From Gemmatimonadales bacterium (GTDB taxonomy: Bacteria; Gemmatimonadota; Gemmatimonadetes; Gemmatimonadales; GWC2-71-9), in contig DATIWD010000066.1 of NCBI GenBank assembly GCA_035519565.1, positions 12,298 to 76,297 on the forward strand: a DNA stretch of 64,000 nucleotides. Direction: 5' to 3'. The notes under the pieces are model-generated. The model was given only the letters and a program-made list of their open reading frames with translations. It was not told the origin of the DNA and searched no databases. The translations under genes were made by a program, and so were the position numbers. Shown here in pieces: positions 60,230-64,000 of the stretch; within the stretch, counting starts at the first letter, position 1; every line of letters starts with the position of its first letter.

Positions 60230-60727
60230 TCAGGGGTTTCCCAGTTTGCGTCTGGCGTAAGACAATCCCCACTCCAGCAGGTCGACACTTCGGAGGCCGA
60301 CCCGCATGGCTTGATCGATCGCGCCTTCCTCCTCCGCGTGCTGGTCGAGCATGAAATAGGGAAGCAGCGCGCCCCCGACCCGGTTCCCGCTGGCGCAATG
60401 AAGAAAGACGGTCTTTCCACCAGCCCCGCGAAGCGTATCGAGGATTCGGGTCAGGGCCTCGTCGTTCAGCGCGCCATGCCGAACCGGGATGTTCACATAC
60501 TCCATGCCGACTTTGCGGACCGCCTCGGGTTCATCCATTGGCCGCGGCTCCATCGGGTCGCGGATATCGACGACCAGACTCGCCCCCGCGGCTTTGAGCG
60601 CTTCCAGGTGTCGAAGTGCAGGCTGGCCGCCTGTCACCAGAGTGGGCGTGACCTGGCAGGCGTTGGCGACGCCGGCGATGGCATCCAGCGGAGTTGGCAT
60701 GAGTCTGGGGTCGAATTGGTCGACCAT
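60230..60727 (-). CDS. DUF442 / dual-specificity-phosphatase-fold protein (sulfurtransferase-associated family)
   Basis: VTGGQPALRHLEALKAAGASLVVDIR and the P-loop FLHCASGNRVG. The start is ambiguous (60775 or ATG 60727). Confidence 0.6.
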   Translation of the reverse strand: MVDQFDPRLMPTPLDAIAGVANACQVTPTLVTGGQPALRHLEALKAAGASLVVDIRDPMEPRPMDEPEAVRKVGMEYVNIPVRHGALNDEALTRILDTLRGAGGKTVFLHCASGNRVGGALLPYFMLDQHAEEEGAIDQAMRVGLRSVDLLEWGLSYARRKLGNP

Positions 60728-60879
60728 AAAGATGGTGTCCGAACCCGGACAGGGAAGGCCGCCCCCAATCCCCAAATCGAATATCTTTCAGGTCGAATGA
60801 ATGCTTCTCCGACACCGACGGAACTTCCCTCAGGCCGTCCGCTCGGTCGTCGGTCCTCCACGAACCGTTTCCATCGTTC

Positions 60880-61269
60880 ATGATCTGGTACATCGCCATC
60901 GGGAGTGCGATCGGGGGAGTCACCCGCTACCTCCTCGGAGGCTGGATTCAGCGGCTCTTCGGGGGCTCCTTCCCGACCGGGACGCTGGTCATCAATGTGA
61001 CCGGGTCCTTTCTTCTGGGGCTGCTGCTCCGCTATGCCCTGGAGACACCGGCCATCAGTCCGGAGGTGCGGGGCTTTCTCACCATCGGGATCTGCGGCGG
61101 CTACACTACCTTTTCGACCTTCAGTTATGAGACTCTGAGTCTGCTGGAAAACACCCAGTACCTGCGTGCCGGTTGGTACGTAGCGGCCAGCATAATTGTT
61201 TCCCTGCTCGGCGTATTTCTGGGGTCCATGCTGGCGAGGGAGCTGCTCGTCCTGCGCCGTGGGGCGTAG
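60880..61269 (+). CDS. crcB: Fluoride channel CrcB/FluC
   Basis: 129 aa with four TM segments. Motifs GGVTRYLL, FPTGTLVINVTGSFLLG and GGYTTFSTFS. Confidence 0.88.
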   Translation: MIWYIAIGSAIGGVTRYLLGGWIQRLFGGSFPTGTLVINVTGSFLLGLLLRYALETPAISPEVRGFLTIGICGGYTTFSTFSYETLSLLENTQYLRAGWYVAASIIVSLLGVFLGSMLARELLVLRRGA

Positions 61270-61311
61270 GGGAGGTGTCATTATGATCGATGAGGAGTCC
61301 TGGAGGGGCCC

Positions 61312-61665
61312 ATGCACGGGTTGACCGGTGAGCGCATCCTGATGCGGATCCACCTGGGGGAGTCCGACCGGTACCAGGGCCGGCCGCTGTACCAGGCCAT
61401 CGTCGAAATGCTGAGGGAGCGACACTATGCCGGCGCCACCGTGGTGCGGGCGATCATGGGGTTCGGGGCCACGGCCCGGCTCCATACCGACAAGGTCCTG
61501 CGCCTCTCGCTGGATTTGCCCATCATCGTGGAGTGCGTCGACACCGAGGAACGCATCGAGGCGATCCTGCCCGAATTGGACGAGATGATCGGCGGGGGAT
61601 TGATCACCTTGGAGAAGGTCAAGGTGATCGTCTACCGCCCCGAGGCTGCGGCCAAGAAAGCGTAG
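61312..61665 (+). CDS. DUF190 (PII-like) protein commonly linked to crcB
   Basis: LMRIHLGESDRYQGRPLYQAIVEMLRERHYAGATVVRAIMGFG matches the typical DUF190 N-terminus. Confidence 0.75.
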   Translation: MHGLTGERILMRIHLGESDRYQGRPLYQAIVEMLRERHYAGATVVRAIMGFGATARLHTDKVLRLSLDLPIIVECVDTEERIEAILPELDEMIGGGLITLEKVKVIVYRPEAAAKKA

Positions 61666-61677
61666 AACAATCGCCCC

Positions 61678-63453
61678 ATGCTCCGCGTCGCAATTGTTCA
61701 GTTCAGGCCGACCAAGACCGCCTATGCCGACAACCTCAAGCGGCTGGGCGATCGGATGCGGGAGTGCGCCGCCTGGCCTCAGCCACCCGATCTGCTCATC
61801 GGTCCGGAGAGCGCTCTCACCGGGTACTTCCTGGAGGGCGGGGTGCGGGAGTTGGCGGTGTCTGCCGAGCAGTTGTTCCACGACCTCTCGGATACGCACG
61901 CCGCCTCAAAGGCGCCTCCGCTCGACCTGGCGCTGGGCTTCTACGAGGTCTACCGCAACCGGCTGTACAATTCCGCCCTCTACGCCACGCTGGGAGGGCC
62001 GGAGCCCGGAATCCGGCACGTCCACCGCAAGATCTTTCTACCGACCTACGGGGTGTTCGACGAGGAGCGATTCGTCGACCCGGGCCGCTCGGTCCAGGCG
62101 TTCGATACCCGATGGGGCCGCGCCGCCATGCTGGTTTGCGAGGATGCCTGGCATTCGCTGACGCCCACCCTGGCGGCGCTCGACGGAGCCCAACTGATCA
62201 TTGTGCCGAGCGCCACGCCGGCCCGCGGGATCGCCCCCCAGGTCGGGTTGCAGCGACCGGCCAACCTCGACCGGTGGGACCGATTGGCCCAGGGGATCGC
62301 CGAGGAGCACGGACTATTCGTCATCGTGGCGCACCTGGTGGGGTTCGAAGGGGGGAAGGGATTCGCGGGTGGGTCAGTCGTGGCCGATCCGCGCGGCCAC
62401 CTGTTGGTGCAGGCCCCGCTGTTCGAGGAGGCGGTGATCGGCGTGACGCTCGACCTGGACGACATCACCCGGGTGCGGGCGGAGGCTCCGCTGCTGGCCG
62501 ATCTGGAGGCCAGGCTGCCGTACCTGGTGGAAAGCCTCCCGGGAAAGGCGCAGGCCGCCAAACGGGCCGCCCCGACGGCGGGCAAGGCACCGCCGGCGCC
62601 TCGTCCCGTCGTACGCCCGGCCATCGGTGCCGCCGCCAATCCCCTGGCCATCGATGCCGAGCTGACTCGACGTTGGCTGGTGGAATTCATCCGGGACGAG
62701 ATCCGACGCCGCCGCGGGTTCGAGCGGGTGGTCGTGGGACTTTCCGGTGGAGTGGACAGCTCGCTGGTGGCCTATCTGGCCGCGGAAGCGCTGGGTCCGG
62801 GGAATGTGATCGGAGTCCGCATGCCCTACCGGACCTCCAATCCGGAGAGCCTGGCCCACGCCCAACTGGTCATCGACGCGCTCAAGATCGAGTCTCAGAC
62901 GGTCGATATCACCTCAGCGGTCGACGCATTGGTCAGCTCGATCGGGGGGGAGACGACTCCCGCTCGACGCGGGAACATCATGGCGCGAACCCGGATGATC
63001 GTGTTGTTCGATCTGTCCGCGGCGTTGCACGCGCTGCCGCTGGGCACCGGGAACAAGAGCGAACGGCTGCTGGGGTACTTTACCTGGCACGCCGACGACT
63101 CCCCGCCGGTGAACCCGATCGGCGATCTGTTCAAGACCCAGATTTGGGCCCTCGCCCGGGCGCTTGGGGTGCCTCCCGTGATCGTGACCAAGCCGGCGTC
63201 CGCAGACCTGATCACGGGTCAGACCGACGAGGGAGACTTCGGCGTCTCGTATCCCAAGGCCGACCTGATTCTCCACTGGCTGCTCTCGGGCTACCGCCCG
63301 GAGGCGATCGTCGAGCTGGGATTCACGGCCCAGGAGGTCGAGTTGGTGCGCCGCCGTCTGGAGTCCACCCACTGGAAGCGCCGATTGCCCACGGTGGCGA
63401 TGCTGAGCCAGACCGCGATCGGCGAGTACTACCTGAGGCCGGTCGACTTCTGA
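61678..63453 (+). CDS. nadE: Glutamine-dependent NAD+ synthetase
   Basis: N-terminal CN-hydrolase domain (catalytic Cys in MLVCEDAW). C-terminal PP-loop VVVGLSGGVDSS and GTGNKSE. Confidence 0.88.
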   Translation: MLRVAIVQFRPTKTAYADNLKRLGDRMRECAAWPQPPDLLIGPESALTGYFLEGGVRELAVSAEQLFHDLSDTHAASKAPPLDLALGFYEVYRNRLYNSALYATLGGPEPGIRHVHRKIFLPTYGVFDEERFVDPGRSVQAFDTRWGRAAMLVCEDAWHSLTPTLAALDGAQLIIVPSATPARGIAPQVGLQRPANLDRWDRLAQGIAEEHGLFVIVAHLVGFEGGKGFAGGSVVADPRGHLLVQAPLFEEAVIGVTLDLDDITRVRAEAPLLADLEARLPYLVESLPGKAQAAKRAAPTAGKAPPAPRPVVRPAIGAAANPLAIDAELTRRWLVEFIRDEIRRRRGFERVVVGLSGGVDSSLVAYLAAEALGPGNVIGVRMPYRTSNPESLAHAQLVIDALKIESQTVDITSAVDALVSSIGGETTPARRGNIMARTRMIVLFDLSAALHALPLGTGNKSERLLGYFTWHADDSPPVNPIGDLFKTQIWALARALGVPPVIVTKPASADLITGQTDEGDFGVSYPKADLILHWLLSGYRPEAIVELGFTAQEVELVRRRLESTHWKRRLPTVAMLSQTAIGEYYLRPVDF

Positions 63454-63509
63454 TCCGACCTGCGATTCCGTTCGTCTCCTTAACGCTCGACTAGCGGGGA
63501 GCCAGGGCC

Positions 63510-63974
63510 ATGATTCCTCCGTCCCGTCCGATGTCGTTCTCGCGGGCCGAGCTGACCACGGTGGTGATGCCGCACATGCAGAACGTGCTGGGCGATCTCT
63601 TCGGCGGGCACCTGATGGCACTGGTCGATCAGGCCGCCGCAGTCGCGGCGATCCGGCACGCCGGAGGACCGGCGGTGACCGCGAGTATCGACCGGGTGGA
63701 TTTCCGGGAGCGAATTCCGGTCGGGGCCCTGGTGACTTGCGTCGCCTCGGTCGATTTCGTCGGCAACTCGTCGATGGATGTCTCGGTCGAGGTGTATTCG
63801 GAGCAGGTGGCCACTGGGGAGCGGCGGCACACGCACACCGCGCACGTGGTCTTCGTGGCCATCGATGAGAGGGGAAAACCCAAGCGGGTTCCCCGGCTCG
63901 AACCCCAGACGCCCGAGGAGCATGAGCGCTACGAACGGGCCCGCCAGCACCGGGAGTCTCGCGCGCGATCATGA
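63510..63974 (+). CDS. Acyl-CoA thioesterase (hotdog fold, YciA-like)
   Basis: MPHMQNVLGDLFGGHLMALVDQAA...TASIDRVDFRERIPVGALV...NSSMDVSVEV. Confidence 0.75.
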   Translation: MIPPSRPMSFSRAELTTVVMPHMQNVLGDLFGGHLMALVDQAAAVAAIRHAGGPAVTASIDRVDFRERIPVGALVTCVASVDFVGNSSMDVSVEVYSEQVATGERRHTHTAHVVFVAIDERGKPKRVPRLEPQTPEEHERYERARQHRESRARS

Positions 63975-64000
63975 TACCTCAGCGAGTAGCGGTCGTGCTG

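Noticed and set aside
60776-60879. Expected a fluoride riboswitch (crcB motif) upstream of crcB.
   Set aside because: I could not find the conserved elements I remember (GGnGAUG...CC pseudoknot stem and the ...CUGAUGAUGCCUAC 3' part) on the + strand of this spacer. crcB is probably regulated otherwise or is constitutive. A covariance-model scan (Rfam RF01734) would settle it.

Overview
By eye this is a GC-rich (roughly two-thirds G+C) bacterial chromosomal segment. It is densely coded, and I call about 57 protein genes and one tRNA. I see no rRNA, CRISPR array, transposase or integrase. The high GC produces many long alternative-frame and antisense ORFs in the track, so I chose frames by recognisable motifs and amino-acid composition. 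Left to right: a thioester-containing alpha-2-macroglobulin plus PBP1C pair; two exported M42-type peptidase paralogues, the first catalytically dead; a nearly complete arginine operon (argG, unknown gene, argC, argD, argF', argB, argE-like, argH, argR) with no argA/argJ; SPFH plus a short ribbon-helix-helix gene missing from the ORF track; XdhC, a DASS transporter; a signalling cluster with one PAS histidine kinase and three different response regulators (NarL-type, NtrC-type, REC-HD-GYP); CoxG/MocA; tRNA-Asn; housekeeping transporters and glycosyltransferases; a 1017-aa N6-adenine DNA methyltransferase with overlapping reading frame to a SNF2 helicase; MntR-MntH with a DtxR-type operator; a DUF4384 protein with an extreme Tyr/Gly/Pro tail; M13 peptidase; CrcB-DUF190; NadE. 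Ranked candidates for something new: (1) the methyltransferase + SNF2 pair has no visible nuclease and no other known defence partners. (2) A 23-codon Asn-rich leader ORF with terminator/antiterminator pairing sits directly upstream of tRNA-Asn. (3) An uncharacterised P-loop-like gene occupies the argA/argJ slot of the arginine operon. (4) Hairpins built from short tandem repeats recur in the window, and three of them carry repeated Shine-Dalgarno-like cores. All functional calls come from motif reading and memory of protein families. No database search was run.
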